NCBI GenBank assembly: GCA_016839605.1
Contig: JAEOTX010000013.1
Span: 1-42,712, forward strand
Length of the DNA: 42,712 nucleotides
Source: Candidatus Thorarchaeota archaeon
Lineage (GTDB): Archaea > Asgardarchaeota > Thorarchaeia > Thorarchaeales > Thorarchaeaceae
Direction of reading: 5' to 3'
Part shown: positions 27,879 through 37,798 of the stretch, in pieces
Layout of the letters: each line of letters opens with the position of its first letter
How positions within the stretch are numbered: position 1 is the first letter of the stretch
Made by a program: the position numbers and the translations under genes
The notes under the pieces: model-generated
The model's database searches: none
Seen by the model: only the letters and a program-made list of their open reading frames with translations
What the model was told of the DNA's origin: nothing

Positions 27879-29468
27879 TCATCTCTTTCGGAACCAAGAG
27901 CGTAATTTTGCAATTGCGGCCGGTTCTGGCCTCTCAACTTCATGAAGTTTCCAGAGATTTTCCTCAGAACCGTCAAATTCTAGGAACGCAACACCACCTT
28001 TTGACCTCAAGTGTTCCATTTCTTGGAGTTTACTCAAGAGCCATGCCTTTCTCGATACTGGCATTCGAGCGGTTGCGAGGTCAAACAGATATGGATGGAT
28101 ATCAAAGACCAATGCTCTCTCACTCAAATACTCAAGAGCGCCATCTTCCAGTGTCTTGCTAATCTTCTCTCTATCAGTGAAGAACGATGCCGCTACTGAC
28201 ATGTTTGGATACTTTTCGGGGAGATTCATTGCGAACTTGAATGACTTTCTGAACTTGGACAAGTGAGTGGCTGCATCAAGAATGAGAATGGTATCAGGTT
28301 TACCCTCAAACTCCTCCTCTGACATCTCCACATCAGTTCTCATCTCAAGGTCCTGCTGCTCTATGACTTCCTGAATAAGCTGATCTGTGACTGGAGGAAG
28401 ATCACTGTCTTTGATCTCAGTCAAATCCTCATATGCCATGGGAACATCATCTAGCTCATCTGCTCCCTTTTTCTCCTTTCCCTTCTTGTCATCGAGCTGG
28501 GGGTCTCTCCGAGGGCGTCTATGAGCTGGAATGTAGCCAACTTCTTCAACTAAGTGCTGCAAAACAAGTGGAAGGAAGAGGTCGTAGAGTGTTCCCCTAG
28601 TTTCAAGAATGAGCAGCACTGGTGTATAATCAGAAACAGCTTCAATCAATCCAGACTGATAGTCTTCGTCAATGATGAAGAACTTCTCAAGATTCTCCTT
28701 CGAATACCCGTCTTCAACGCGTATGGTCCAATCTGCGTATACATCCTTGACCTCTTGCTTTCTTCTATCACGTACCAGACTCATGAACTTACCGAGATAC
28801 TTAACGCCCCTTGAAACCGCTGTTGTTGGACTAATGAACACCGTCATGAGACCCACTGCTTCACCTGCATATTCACTAGCCTCCGCATCGCGCATCTTAC
28901 CCATGACTTCTTCTGTGAGTGAAGGAGGCCCTAGTTTTTCAACAAGGACTTCTATCATCCCCGGTACATCTTCAAAAGAGGCGTCCCCGGGTCCAATTCT
29001 CTCTCCAATTGGAGAGGCATCGGAAAGGACCTCGGCGAACACATTCGGTCGTCTGATGAGCCAGTTGAGCGGAATCTTCAAAGAGGTATAGTCATGCAGC
29101 CAGGTTCTGTCTGAGTCCTTGAGCCCGAAATAGAACTTGGTTGACTCTGGAAAGACATCATCAAACTCTTCCATAAATTGGTCGAACCCTGCTTTGGTGC
29201 TAAGTCCCATCTCTCCCTTTTCCATTGAATCAACTACAAAGACGAGACCCTGTTCTTTCTTCTTGGCTTCACCTGCTAGAGCGAGCATCACCTGCTTTGG
29301 GGACAGGTATAAGCGATCACTCTCTGCATAAGGCGCATCAAAGAATGAGAATAATCCCATTCTACGCCATGGCTTCCCCGATAAGTCCTCTTTGACTAGA
29401 TGTGAGAACCACTCGAATCCGCGCTTGTACCTTGGAATACTATCGTCGTCAGTTTCTGGAGTTGGCAT
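27879..29468 (-). CDS. Large soluble hypothetical protein, possibly a degenerate HerA/DUF87-like P-loop protein
   Basis: Long ORF; start at ATG 29468 avoids overlap with the neighbouring gene; VFVVD...GE, LKIPL, ILILDAA Walker-B-like; no GKT. Confidence 0.7.
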   Translation of the reverse strand: MPTPETDDDSIPRYKRGFEWFSHLVKEDLSGKPWRRMGLFSFFDAPYAESDRLYLSPKQVMLALAGEAKKKEQGLVFVVDSMEKGEMGLSTKAGFDQFMEEFDDVFPESTKFYFGLKDSDRTWLHDYTSLKIPLNWLIRRPNVFAEVLSDASPIGERIGPGDASFEDVPGMIEVLVEKLGPPSLTEEVMGKMRDAEASEYAGEAVGLMTVFISPTTAVSRGVKYLGKFMSLVRDRRKQEVKDVYADWTIRVEDGYSKENLEKFFIIDEDYQSGLIEAVSDYTPVLLILETRGTLYDLFLPLVLQHLVEEVGYIPAHRRPRRDPQLDDKKGKEKKGADELDDVPMAYEDLTEIKDSDLPPVTDQLIQEVIEQQDLEMRTDVEMSEEEFEGKPDTILILDAATHLSKFRKSFKFAMNLPEKYPNMSVAASFFTDREKISKTLEDGALEYLSERALVFDIHPYLFDLATARMPVSRKAWLLSKLQEMEHLRSKGGVAFLEFDGSEENLWKLHEVERPEPAAIAKLRSWFRKR

Positions 29469-29548
29469 GCGGAGCACCTTCAGAATTGTATACTGAGTCG
29501 TTTCTATTGAGTACCTCATATGTGCTGAGATAAACCTATTGAAACAGA

Positions 29549-30745
29549 TTAGTCCATTCTGAGTGCGTAAAGTCCGCCAACTGCAGCTATAACAATGATT
29601 GCTAGGATGAGACCCCATCTCCAGTCAATGAGTGGTGGAGGCGGGTTGTTTGGATCCTCCTCTTGCATGAGGTTCTCGTGCTCAGTACCCAAGTAACTCA
29701 GGGCTTTGATGGCATAGGAGGAGTAGTATAGCGAACCTGTGTCTGCATCAGGTATGAGCGCGAAGCTGCCATCAGCAGCTTGACAGTCAACGATGAATCG
29801 GGATACTAGATCCGCATCTACCGAAGCCAAGCCACCAAGCAGATCAAGTGCACGAAGCGCCCAGTATGTACTTGCCACGTTGGTGTCGTTTGTCAGAAAG
29901 CTTTCCTCAAAACCACCCACAAATAGATTGGTCTCACTGGAGATTACTTGTCTGTCCAGAAGCCAGTTAACGATGCCTTGAAGGTTGGGGATAGCTTCTC
30001 CAAGAATTGTAAGTGCCAAGACTGCAGCTGCAGTAGCCGTTGCTCCCGGTATGTTCGATTCAGGACTTAACTTGAATCCGTCGCCATCTCTACAACTGAG
30101 AATCCACTCTACCGTGGCAGTCGAGTTCCATAGCCACTTCTCCCAAGTATCATTCTCGGAAGTCTCTAGTGAAATCTCAATTGAATTAAGCGCATAGAAT
30201 GTTGAGACCAAATCCGGCGAATTGCCAACTTGGTCAGAAAAGCCGCCTGACTCAGTCTGCGTCTGGTTGATCCAGAATAGTGCTGCAGTTCCATTGAATA
30301 CAATTGCGTCCATGTTGGGTATATCACCCAACACATCTTGACTCAGGAGATCAAACATATTGATTGCGTCAAAAGCGTTCTGCTGGTCTACAGGGCCCGC
30401 AATGTACTTTCCAAATCCCCCGTATTTATCGGTTGTTTCAGGTACCAGAGTCCAATGAAGCTTTTGGGTGAAATTCTTCATTCTGTGGAAATCTATGACA
30501 GGAGGTCTGACTCCCAATAGGTCCCAATCGTCGAAGATTGATAATGCGCCAAAGGTTGTATCAACGTAGGACGCTTGTTGGTCAGGGAGCGTGTAGCCAC
30601 CCTCGACTGAATCATAAGTCTCGTCTATGTATGCCCTAAGGGACTGGCTACGAGTTGTCGGGTTTGCTGAAACTGGCTGAGCTACAAGAGTCAGCACAAC
30701 CAGTGCAACAGCTATTGTTACTGCCGCGATCTTCACGCTTCTCAT
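29549..30745 (-). CDS. Membrane-anchored extracellular prenyltransferase/squalene-cyclase repeat protein
   Basis: Signal peptide (AVTIAVALVVLTLVAQPVSA), repeated Q...GGF/DGSF + TFYAL/TYWAL units, Pro linker and C-terminal TM. Confidence 0.85.
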   Translation of the reverse strand: MRSVKIAAVTIAVALVVLTLVAQPVSANPTTRSQSLRAYIDETYDSVEGGYTLPDQQASYVDTTFGALSIFDDWDLLGVRPPVIDFHRMKNFTQKLHWTLVPETTDKYGGFGKYIAGPVDQQNAFDAINMFDLLSQDVLGDIPNMDAIVFNGTAALFWINQTQTESGGFSDQVGNSPDLVSTFYALNSIEISLETSENDTWEKWLWNSTATVEWILSCRDGDGFKLSPESNIPGATATAAAVLALTILGEAIPNLQGIVNWLLDRQVISSETNLFVGGFEESFLTNDTNVASTYWALRALDLLGGLASVDADLVSRFIVDCQAADGSFALIPDADTGSLYYSSYAIKALSYLGTEHENLMQEEDPNNPPPPLIDWRWGLILAIIVIAAVGGLYALRMD

Positions 30746-30862
30746 ACGGACATCCCGTCTAGATATGATATCGCCGAGCATTTCTACTCTGCGCGAGGAG
30801 CCACGGACTGAAGAGCGGTTATTAACGTTTCCCCAAGTGGGAGATTGTACTATGATATGAAA

Positions 30863-31807
30863 CTAAAGTGGACCTCTCTGCACCTCGCGGATATGCCTGT
30901 ACGCTGAGTCAGCGGCAATGGCACCTTGTCCAGCCGCAACTACAATCTGTTTCAGAGATTCAACTACGTCTCCAGCTGCAAATAGACCTGGAACATTGGT
31001 CTTTTGCTCACCGTCTGCGTAGATTTCGCCTCGCTTGTTCATCTCGACGCCGAGTGGTTTAGCGAGTTTACTTTCTGGGTCCGAACCTAATGCCACAAAG
31101 GCTCCATCAACTGCTAGAGTCCTTTTCTGGCCATTCTTCACGTTCTCTAGTTCCATCTCTCTTAGAAGCTGATCATCGCCCCGAAACTCATTCACAACGG
31201 TGTCCCATAAGATTTCAACATGAGTGTCGAATAACATCTGTTGGATAATGTGCTCTGCCCTTAACCGATTGCGACGGTGAATTAGATAGAGCGTGTCTGT
31301 TAGTTCTGACAAATATAATGCTTCGGTGACTGCTGTGTTTCCACCACCAACAATTGCTAGTGTCTTATTTCGAAATAGGGGCCCGTCGCAGGTGGCACAA
31401 TAAGAGACCCCTCGTCCCGTATATTGGTCTTCTCCTGGCAAGTTAAGTTTTCTGTGCCCTCCGCCAGTGGCGAGCACAACTGCCTGAGCTTGATACACCC
31501 CGCGTCTTGTATCCAGCTTAAACCCTCCACCATCATCTATTTCGATGCTCTTGACCTCTGTTATTTCTTTGATAGATGCGCCGCTTTTCCTGACTTGCTC
31601 TTTCATCTTTTCTGCTAGTTCTATGCCAGAGATGAAGGTGTATCCTGGATAGTTTTCAATACCTGGAGATGTCGCCTGAGCCCCTCCAAGGACTTTCGAC
31701 TCAAGAAGCATTGTCTTCAGTCCATATCGTGAGCCATAGATGGCAGCTGTCATGCCTGCGGGCCCGCCACCTACTACGATAAGTTCCCAGGTCAAGTCTT
31801 CGGTCAT
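30863..31807 (-). CDS. trxB: Thioredoxin reductase
   Basis: GGGPAG, IENYPG, GVSYCATCDG, GGGNTA, HRR, FAAGD. Confidence 0.95.
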   Translation of the reverse strand: MTEDLTWELIVVGGGPAGMTAAIYGSRYGLKTMLLESKVLGGAQATSPGIENYPGYTFISGIELAEKMKEQVRKSGASIKEITEVKSIEIDDGGGFKLDTRRGVYQAQAVVLATGGGHRKLNLPGEDQYTGRGVSYCATCDGPLFRNKTLAIVGGGNTAVTEALYLSELTDTLYLIHRRNRLRAEHIIQQMLFDTHVEILWDTVVNEFRGDDQLLREMELENVKNGQKRTLAVDGAFVALGSDPESKLAKPLGVEMNKRGEIYADGEQKTNVPGLFAAGDVVESLKQIVVAAGQGAIAADSAYRHIREVQRGPL

Positions 31808-31886
31808 ATTGGTCCTCCATGCAATGGAGCTTGGCGCAACTCACCCAACTCCTCTCTACTAATTAAGACTTGTTTGGCGGTCCTCA

Positions 31887-32732
31887 TTAGAATACACCGC
31901 TCAACATGTCAGTGGTTTCTAAGCCCAACGGAGACCAGGTATCACGACTAAGGGGTTTGAGCAAGTCATTGACTCTCCTAAAGGTCACTTCTCTTATTGG
32001 CATGCTAGGCAGCTTTTGGAGAAAGGCAGCTTTCCTGAAGCGTTCAGGTTCGTAGCTGAAGACCTGTCCTGGCCCAACAACAAGGACAAGATCCACACTG
32101 TCCAAGCCTTCCCAAATCCATGCTGTATCATTGAAAGATTCTATCACCACAACGTCTGTTCCATCTTCCACATGAGAGAAAGAAGAGCTCACATAATTCT
32201 CCAAATTCTCGTTCTCATACTGTTGGATTTCCTCAAGCGAGTTGACTGCTTCCTTCTCTATGCCTAGGGTAAGTACCTGTAACTGTTCATAGGTGAGGAG
32301 AAGATCCCCCCGCTTTACAAGATGCTCCGCAACAAGAGCTGTCGAGCGAACCTCCTTTCCTGCAGGCCAGCTGAATCTCTGCAACGCAATAATTGAATCT
32401 GGACCAGCAAGACCAAGAGTGCCTGGCAAATTGGACAGTGGTCTCTCAGACGAGGTTGGTACATACAATCTGTGTACTGGATTCAGAATATACTCATCCT
32501 TCTGCGAATTTATCTTGGTCTTGATAGATGCAAGGTCAGCAGAGAATATTCGTTTCTGTTCAAGTAGCTGCTGAGTATGTGCGAACCTCTGCCAATAGTT
32601 GTGCGCACTTATTGGCTTGAAATACTCGATGGACTTGCTGTATTGACGAATCTCATCTATCAGCAGTCCTGCGAACGTAGTCTTTCCTGAGTCGAAAGAA
32701 CTCATGCCCACTAGCAGAATCCGCGTTGACAT
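31887..32732 (-). CDS. Archaeal P-loop ATPase/GTPase-like protein (COG4028-like)
   Basis: DSGKTT, FKPISAHNYW, NPV, VIESFND. Confidence 0.8.
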   Translation of the reverse strand: MSTRILLVGMSSFDSGKTTFAGLLIDEIRQYSKSIEYFKPISAHNYWQRFAHTQQLLEQKRIFSADLASIKTKINSQKDEYILNPVHRLYVPTSSERPLSNLPGTLGLAGPDSIIALQRFSWPAGKEVRSTALVAEHLVKRGDLLLTYEQLQVLTLGIEKEAVNSLEEIQQYENENLENYVSSSFSHVEDGTDVVVIESFNDTAWIWEGLDSVDLVLVVGPGQVFSYEPERFRKAAFLQKLPSMPIREVTFRRVNDLLKPLSRDTWSPLGLETTDMLSGVF

Positions 32733-32748
32733 TGGAGTAATGCTCCCG

Positions 32749-32779
32749 AAAAAGAATAGAGAAGGAGCCCGTAGGCTCC
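32749..32779 (-). terminator. Hairpin plus U-rich tract after the thermosome gene
   Basis: Minus strand reads GGAGCC-TACG-GGCTCC followed by TTCTCTATTCTTTTT, 17 nt after the stop codon. Confidence 0.6.
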
Positions 32780-32796
32780 CTATATCGTTAGATTTT

Positions 32797-34455
32797 CTAC
32801 ATCATGCCGGGCATTCCGCCCATGCCACCCATGCCGCCCATACCGCCTGGTGGTCCAGCAGCTGGTGGAGGACCTGCCTTGGCGGCAATCACGTCATCGA
32901 TCCTGAGGATCATCTGTGCAGTTTCAGCTGCAGAGCGAATCGCCTGGCTCTTGACACGTGAGGGCTCGATAACTCCAGCCTTCATCATATCGGTAGACTT
33001 CCCCTTGAACACATCAACGCCATGCCAGAGTCCGGTCTCCTTGGAGTGTTCCTTCTTCAGGTCCGCAATGATGTCAATGGGGTCATGTCCGCCATTCTCA
33101 GCAAGGGTCTTGGGCACGATTCGTAGTGCTTCAGCAAAGGCTTCAATAGCTAACTGCTCTCGGCCTTTGACTTTTTCAGCAAAGGAATCTAGACGCTTGG
33201 ATATCTCAGACTCAGTGGAACCACCGCCAGCGACGTAAGTACCGTCCTCAACAACATTTCTCACGACGCATAGGGCATCATGTAGTGCCCTGTCGGCCTC
33301 ATCCACAACGTGTTCTGTCCCGCCTCTGATGACTACTGATACAGCCTTGGGATCCTTGCAGTCTCTGACATACACAAGCTTGTCATCAGCAATCCTTACC
33401 TCCTCGACAAGTCCTGCCTTACCCAAGTTGTCTGCAGATAGTTCACTCAGATTAGTAGCAATCTGTGCACCTGTGGCTTTTGCTAGCTTCTCCAGTGTGC
33501 TCTTCTTGGCTCTCCGGAGCGCCAACACACCTGCCTTTGCCAGGTAGTGCTGAGCTACGTCATCTATGCCCTTCTGACAGACGAGCACAGTTGCACCTGA
33601 GTCAATGACCTTATCGACCATTGTCTTCAGCATGCGCTCTTCCTCATCAAGGAATGCCTTGATCTGGTCAGGGCTGTCAATCTTGATTTCTGCATCAAAC
33701 TCGGTCTTCTCGACCTCGATAGCCGCGTTGACCAGCGCAATCTTAGCGTTCTCGACCTTTCTTGGCATTGCCGCATGTACGACCTCTTTGTCTATAACCA
33801 TGCCCTTAACGAGCTCGGTTTCTATGAGGCTCTTGCCCTGTTTCTTGATTATCTCAATCATGTCAACGTCAGCAGTGATTACATCGTTGTTATCTTCGAC
33901 AATCTGCAGAACAGCGTCTACTGCAATCTTGGCGAAGTGACCCTTAAAACCAGAAATTGATTTGCTGTTCATTGAAGTTTCTGCGATTCCATTCAGGACC
34001 TTCTTGTCCTTTCCTGTCATTGAGACTGAGATCTCATCGAGAATCCTTGTTGCCTCTTCAGCAGCTTTCTGATAACCGCTCACAAGAATGGTCGGATGGA
34101 TCTTCTTCTCGAGTAAATCCTGCGCCCTCTTGAGTAGCTCTCCAGCAATCACGACCGATGTGGTTGTACCATCACCGGTCTCTTGGTCCTGGCTCTTTGC
34201 AACCTCAACAAGCATCTTTGCAGCAGGATGTTGTACGTCAATCTCTTTTAGGATTGATGCACCATCGTTGGTGATTGTGACATCGCCCAACGAATCGACG
34301 AGCATCTTGTCCATTCCGCGAGGTCCGAGTGTGGACTTCACAGCATCAGAGATGACGATACCTGCCATGATGTTGTTGGCCTGTGCTGACTTTCCTCTGG
34401 TACGAGATGTACCTTCCTTGAGGATAAGCACTGGTGTTCCAGACATCTGTGCCAT
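32797..34455 (-). CDS. Thermosome (group II chaperonin) subunit
   Basis: TLGPRGMDKM, ITNDGA, GDGTTT, QKGIDD, IRGG, ILRIDD, GGM tail. Confidence 0.98.
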   Translation of the reverse strand: MAQMSGTPVLILKEGTSRTRGKSAQANNIMAGIVISDAVKSTLGPRGMDKMLVDSLGDVTITNDGASILKEIDVQHPAAKMLVEVAKSQDQETGDGTTTSVVIAGELLKRAQDLLEKKIHPTILVSGYQKAAEEATRILDEISVSMTGKDKKVLNGIAETSMNSKSISGFKGHFAKIAVDAVLQIVEDNNDVITADVDMIEIIKKQGKSLIETELVKGMVIDKEVVHAAMPRKVENAKIALVNAAIEVEKTEFDAEIKIDSPDQIKAFLDEEERMLKTMVDKVIDSGATVLVCQKGIDDVAQHYLAKAGVLALRRAKKSTLEKLAKATGAQIATNLSELSADNLGKAGLVEEVRIADDKLVYVRDCKDPKAVSVVIRGGTEHVVDEADRALHDALCVVRNVVEDGTYVAGGGSTESEISKRLDSFAEKVKGREQLAIEAFAEALRIVPKTLAENGGHDPIDIIADLKKEHSKETGLWHGVDVFKGKSTDMMKAGVIEPSRVKSQAIRSAAETAQMILRIDDVIAAKAGPPPAAGPPGGMGGMGGMGGMPGMM

Positions 34456-34622
34456 TTTACTTTCCTCTAATGGTTATTTAAATGATAAAAGTGTACATAC
34501 ACTTCGTATGCACTTCTACTGAAACTGCCCTTAGACTTTGCATAAAAACTTTCCCAAATGTGAATGTATGAATAGAAAGACCCAATTGCGTTTTACGCCT
34601 TTTTCGCGGTGAGGAACGAAGA

Positions 34623-35084
34623 ATGGTCTCTACAGCGCGGCGTGCATTGATTGTCATAGTTCTGATTGCTATGATCGTAGGTGTGGGATTTGCAGTCTTG
34701 GACTACAACTATCTGGGCATCGGTCAGGTCGATGAACACGGACTGTTCTATATCAGTGGGATTCAGGACACGAATAGCAATGAGTCATACACTGTTGAGT
34801 TCCATGGTGTTAGCTTCACCTTCTTGCATTACAATCCTCCAGGATTCTATGTCAATGGAACATTCTACACAGCACCTGATGCTCCTAACACTGCTCACTT
34901 CATGTTAACATATCCTGACAATGAGGTGGAATATCTTAGCCTCAGTGTGGGAGGATTTGTTGCTGTTCGACCAGGCTCTCCATTACGCCCGATTCTAGGA
35001 AATCATATCGCTCCAACAGCTGGAGTTGCTACTGCATTCACAGCGCAGCTGCATTTCAAGTGGGTCTATCTTGTGGCTTTCTAG
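34623..35084 (+). CDS. Membrane-anchored extracellular hypothetical protein
   Basis: N-terminal basic residues + TM, beta-rich body with N-x-S/T sequons. Confidence 0.7.
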   Translation: MVSTARRALIVIVLIAMIVGVGFAVLDYNYLGIGQVDEHGLFYISGIQDTNSNESYTVEFHGVSFTFLHYNPPGFYVNGTFYTAPDAPNTAHFMLTYPDNEVEYLSLSVGGFVAVRPGSPLRPILGNHIAPTAGVATAFTAQLHFKWVYLVAF

Positions 35085-35186
35085 TTCTTAGATTCGTGAG
35101 ATCTTTTTCCTATGAGGCAAAGATGATAAGTGAGAGGCAATATCACAGCCGAACCAGATGCCCAAGTGAATTCTGGAGGCAAAAGA

Positions 35187-36905
35187 TTGGACATCACATT
35201 AAACATAGGCGGTGAAGCTGGACAAGGAATTGACACCATTGGTGACTTGCTCACACAGGTCTTTGTCCAGTCTGGCTTCTACACCTTCACCGTAAAGGAC
35301 TTCGAGTCAAGGATACGGGGTGGGTACAACTTCAGTCAAATCAGAATCTCTGATAGTCCTGTGCATGCTCCTGTTGATGATATAGATCTCATAGTGGCTC
35401 TATCTCATGATGCTATAGTAGGAAAGCGCAATCAGCTTGTGGACGGAGGAGTCATCATCTTCAATAACACCATTGATTTTGAAGAGCTTGATGCCTGTCA
35501 TTATCCTGCACCTCTTGAGAAAACCGCAAAGGAAGTCGGTGGCAACATCAGGATGATGAATGCGGCCGCTCTTGGGGCTGTTCTGGCTGTCACAAAGTTT
35601 CCCTTCAAACTGGCTGATGAAGCTCTTACAGGGATCTTTCTGAGAAAGGGTCGTAAAATTGTCGATGCCAACGTGGAAGTAGCGAAGGCACTTTATGACT
35701 TGACTATGGAGAAATGGACAGGACCCTGCGTTCAAGATATGAGTGATGTCAAGACAGGTCCTTGTAAGGACCGCCTTATTGTCACAGGAAATCGTGCTAT
35801 CGCATTAGGAGCTATGGCTGCGAATCTCAAATGGATGTCGTCATATCCAATGAGTCCATCCACGGCTTGCTTCCAAGATGTTGTGAGTAATGCTCAACGG
35901 TTGAAAATCGGTACTCTCCAGACGGAAGATGAAATTGCATCAATTACTATGGCGATAGGAGCCTCCTTTGCTGGGGCGCGTAGTATGGTTACGACTTCGG
36001 GTGGTGGCTTCTCTTTGATGGTAGAAGGCCTCGGATTGGCCGCGATGACAGAAACGCCCATTGTAATATATAACGCTCAGCGTCCTGGACCAAGCACTGG
36101 TCTGCCGACACGAACGGAACAAGCTGACCTTCTATTCATGCTAACTTCCAGTCAAGGTGAATTTCCGAGAATCATGCTCGCACCAAAGGATCCAATCGAA
36201 GCCTTTGAAACAACAACCAGAGCGTTCAATCTTGCCGATAGATTCCAGGTTCCAGTCATGATTCTAGGTGACCAATACTTCTCTGACTCTGTCATGAATG
36301 TGCCGCGATTTGATTCTTCTAAGGTGAAGATTGATAGAGGGAAGAGAGCTCCGGAGAAGATGTCCGAACCTTATGGTCGATACAAACTATCAGAGGACGG
36401 AGTATCCCCGATTGCATTCCCAGGCGACAAGGGTAGATTCGTAGTTGCCTCAGGAAATGTGCACCTTGAGGATGGTCACCTTACAGAAGACCCCGAGATG
36501 CGGAATGCGATGGTTGAGAAATTCATGAAGAAGATTCCATATATTCTGAAAGCACTCAATCCTCCCGAGGTCTTTGGAGGCAGGGGCGCAGAAACTACGC
36601 TGCTGACTTGGGGGTCAACGTGGGGGGCTGCCAATGAGGCAGTAAAGCGTCTCTCAAATAAGGGAGTATCTATCAATCTGCTGCACTATTGCGACGTATT
36701 TCCGTTGAAGACTCATACCTTGACTGAAGCATTCAATGATGCCAAGAGAGTAGTTGCTGTTGAACAGAACGCGACCTCGCAGTTTGCAAAACTTGTAAGG
36801 ATGGAAACTGGACTCACAGTTGATCAACATATCAATAAGTATGACGGGAGGCCGATGACACCGCGATTCATTATGGATCGTCTTAGGGAGGGTGGTATCT
36901 CTTGA
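35187..36905 (+). CDS. korA: 2-oxoacid:ferredoxin oxidoreductase alpha subunit (fused gamma-alpha)
   Basis: GGEAGQG, SRIRGG, YPMSP, EDEI, TTSGGGFSLM, QRPGPSTGLPTRTEQ; TTG 35187 behind GGAGG. Confidence 0.93.
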   Translation: MDITLNIGGEAGQGIDTIGDLLTQVFVQSGFYTFTVKDFESRIRGGYNFSQIRISDSPVHAPVDDIDLIVALSHDAIVGKRNQLVDGGVIIFNNTIDFEELDACHYPAPLEKTAKEVGGNIRMMNAAALGAVLAVTKFPFKLADEALTGIFLRKGRKIVDANVEVAKALYDLTMEKWTGPCVQDMSDVKTGPCKDRLIVTGNRAIALGAMAANLKWMSSYPMSPSTACFQDVVSNAQRLKIGTLQTEDEIASITMAIGASFAGARSMVTTSGGGFSLMVEGLGLAAMTETPIVIYNAQRPGPSTGLPTRTEQADLLFMLTSSQGEFPRIMLAPKDPIEAFETTTRAFNLADRFQVPVMILGDQYFSDSVMNVPRFDSSKVKIDRGKRAPEKMSEPYGRYKLSEDGVSPIAFPGDKGRFVVASGNVHLEDGHLTEDPEMRNAMVEKFMKKIPYILKALNPPEVFGGRGAETTLLTWGSTWGAANEAVKRLSNKGVSINLLHYCDVFPLKTHTLTEAFNDAKRVVAVEQNATSQFAKLVRMETGLTVDQHINKYDGRPMTPRFIMDRLREGGIS

Positions 36906-37768
36906 TTACAAAGGAGCAACTCGAAGGTCCTAAGAAAATAACGTGGTGCATAGGATGCGGCAACTTTGGAATTCTAGCATCGCTTAAGAAAGCGATAGGT
37001 GAATTGGGAGTTCCTCAGAATGAATTTGTAATCGTGTCTGGGATTGGTTGTGGCAGCAAGATTCCGCACTACATCAATCTGAATGCGATACATACACTGC
37101 ATGGCAGAGCAATGGCTGTTGCTCAAGGTGTACATCTTGCGAATCTTGACCTGGAAGTTCTTGTTCATGTTGGGGATGGTGATACATTAGGAGAGGGGTT
37201 GGGTCATCTGATGCACGCAGCGAGGCGAAATGTAGACATCTCAGTGTTTCTCCATAACAATGGTGTAATGGGGCTAACCAAAGGCCAATTCTCACCATCT
37301 GCCCCAAGAGGATATGTTTCGAGGACCTCGCCGCCCGAAGCCGGGGCTCCGATGAATCCTGTAAACATAGTTGCATATGCTTTGACTGCTGGTGCTACTT
37401 TCGTGGCACGTGGCTTCTCGGGTGATCAGAAGGGTCTTGTTGCATTGATGAGGAAGGCAATGAAGCACAAGGGATTTGCCCTAGTTGATATCCTACAGCC
37501 ATGTCAAACTTGGAATCGAGTATTGAACTGGAAGTTCTACAACGAACATACATACTCGTTGCAGGATAATGGACATGATATCAATAACAGGATGGCGGCT
37601 CTTGAGAAAGCGTTCAGCAATGGCGACAAGATTCCAATTGGAGTTTTCTATCAAGAGAAGGCACCTACGTTAGCAGAGAGTCTTGCTTTGCCTGTAGATG
37701 GACGTCTGCGTGACCATAAGACGGATAGCAAAGAGGTTCAATCTATTATTGATGAGTTTATCCTCTAG
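36902..37768 (+). CDS. korB: 2-oxoacid:ferredoxin oxidoreductase beta subunit
   Basis: WCIGCG, SGIGC, TLHGR, GDGD, GLTKGQFSP, ILQPC; TTGA overlap with the alpha stop. Confidence 0.93.
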   Translation: MITKEQLEGPKKITWCIGCGNFGILASLKKAIGELGVPQNEFVIVSGIGCGSKIPHYINLNAIHTLHGRAMAVAQGVHLANLDLEVLVHVGDGDTLGEGLGHLMHAARRNVDISVFLHNNGVMGLTKGQFSPSAPRGYVSRTSPPEAGAPMNPVNIVAYALTAGATFVARGFSGDQKGLVALMRKAMKHKGFALVDILQPCQTWNRVLNWKFYNEHTYSLQDNGHDINNRMAALEKAFSNGDKIPIGVFYQEKAPTLAESLALPVDGRLRDHKTDSKEVQSIIDEFIL

Positions 37769-37798
37769 ACTAGGAGCATTTTGAGGCTGTGGTTTCGA

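Noticed and set aside
32797-32880. GGM-type tandem repeat at the thermosome 3' end
   Set aside because: Ordinary chaperonin C-terminal tail
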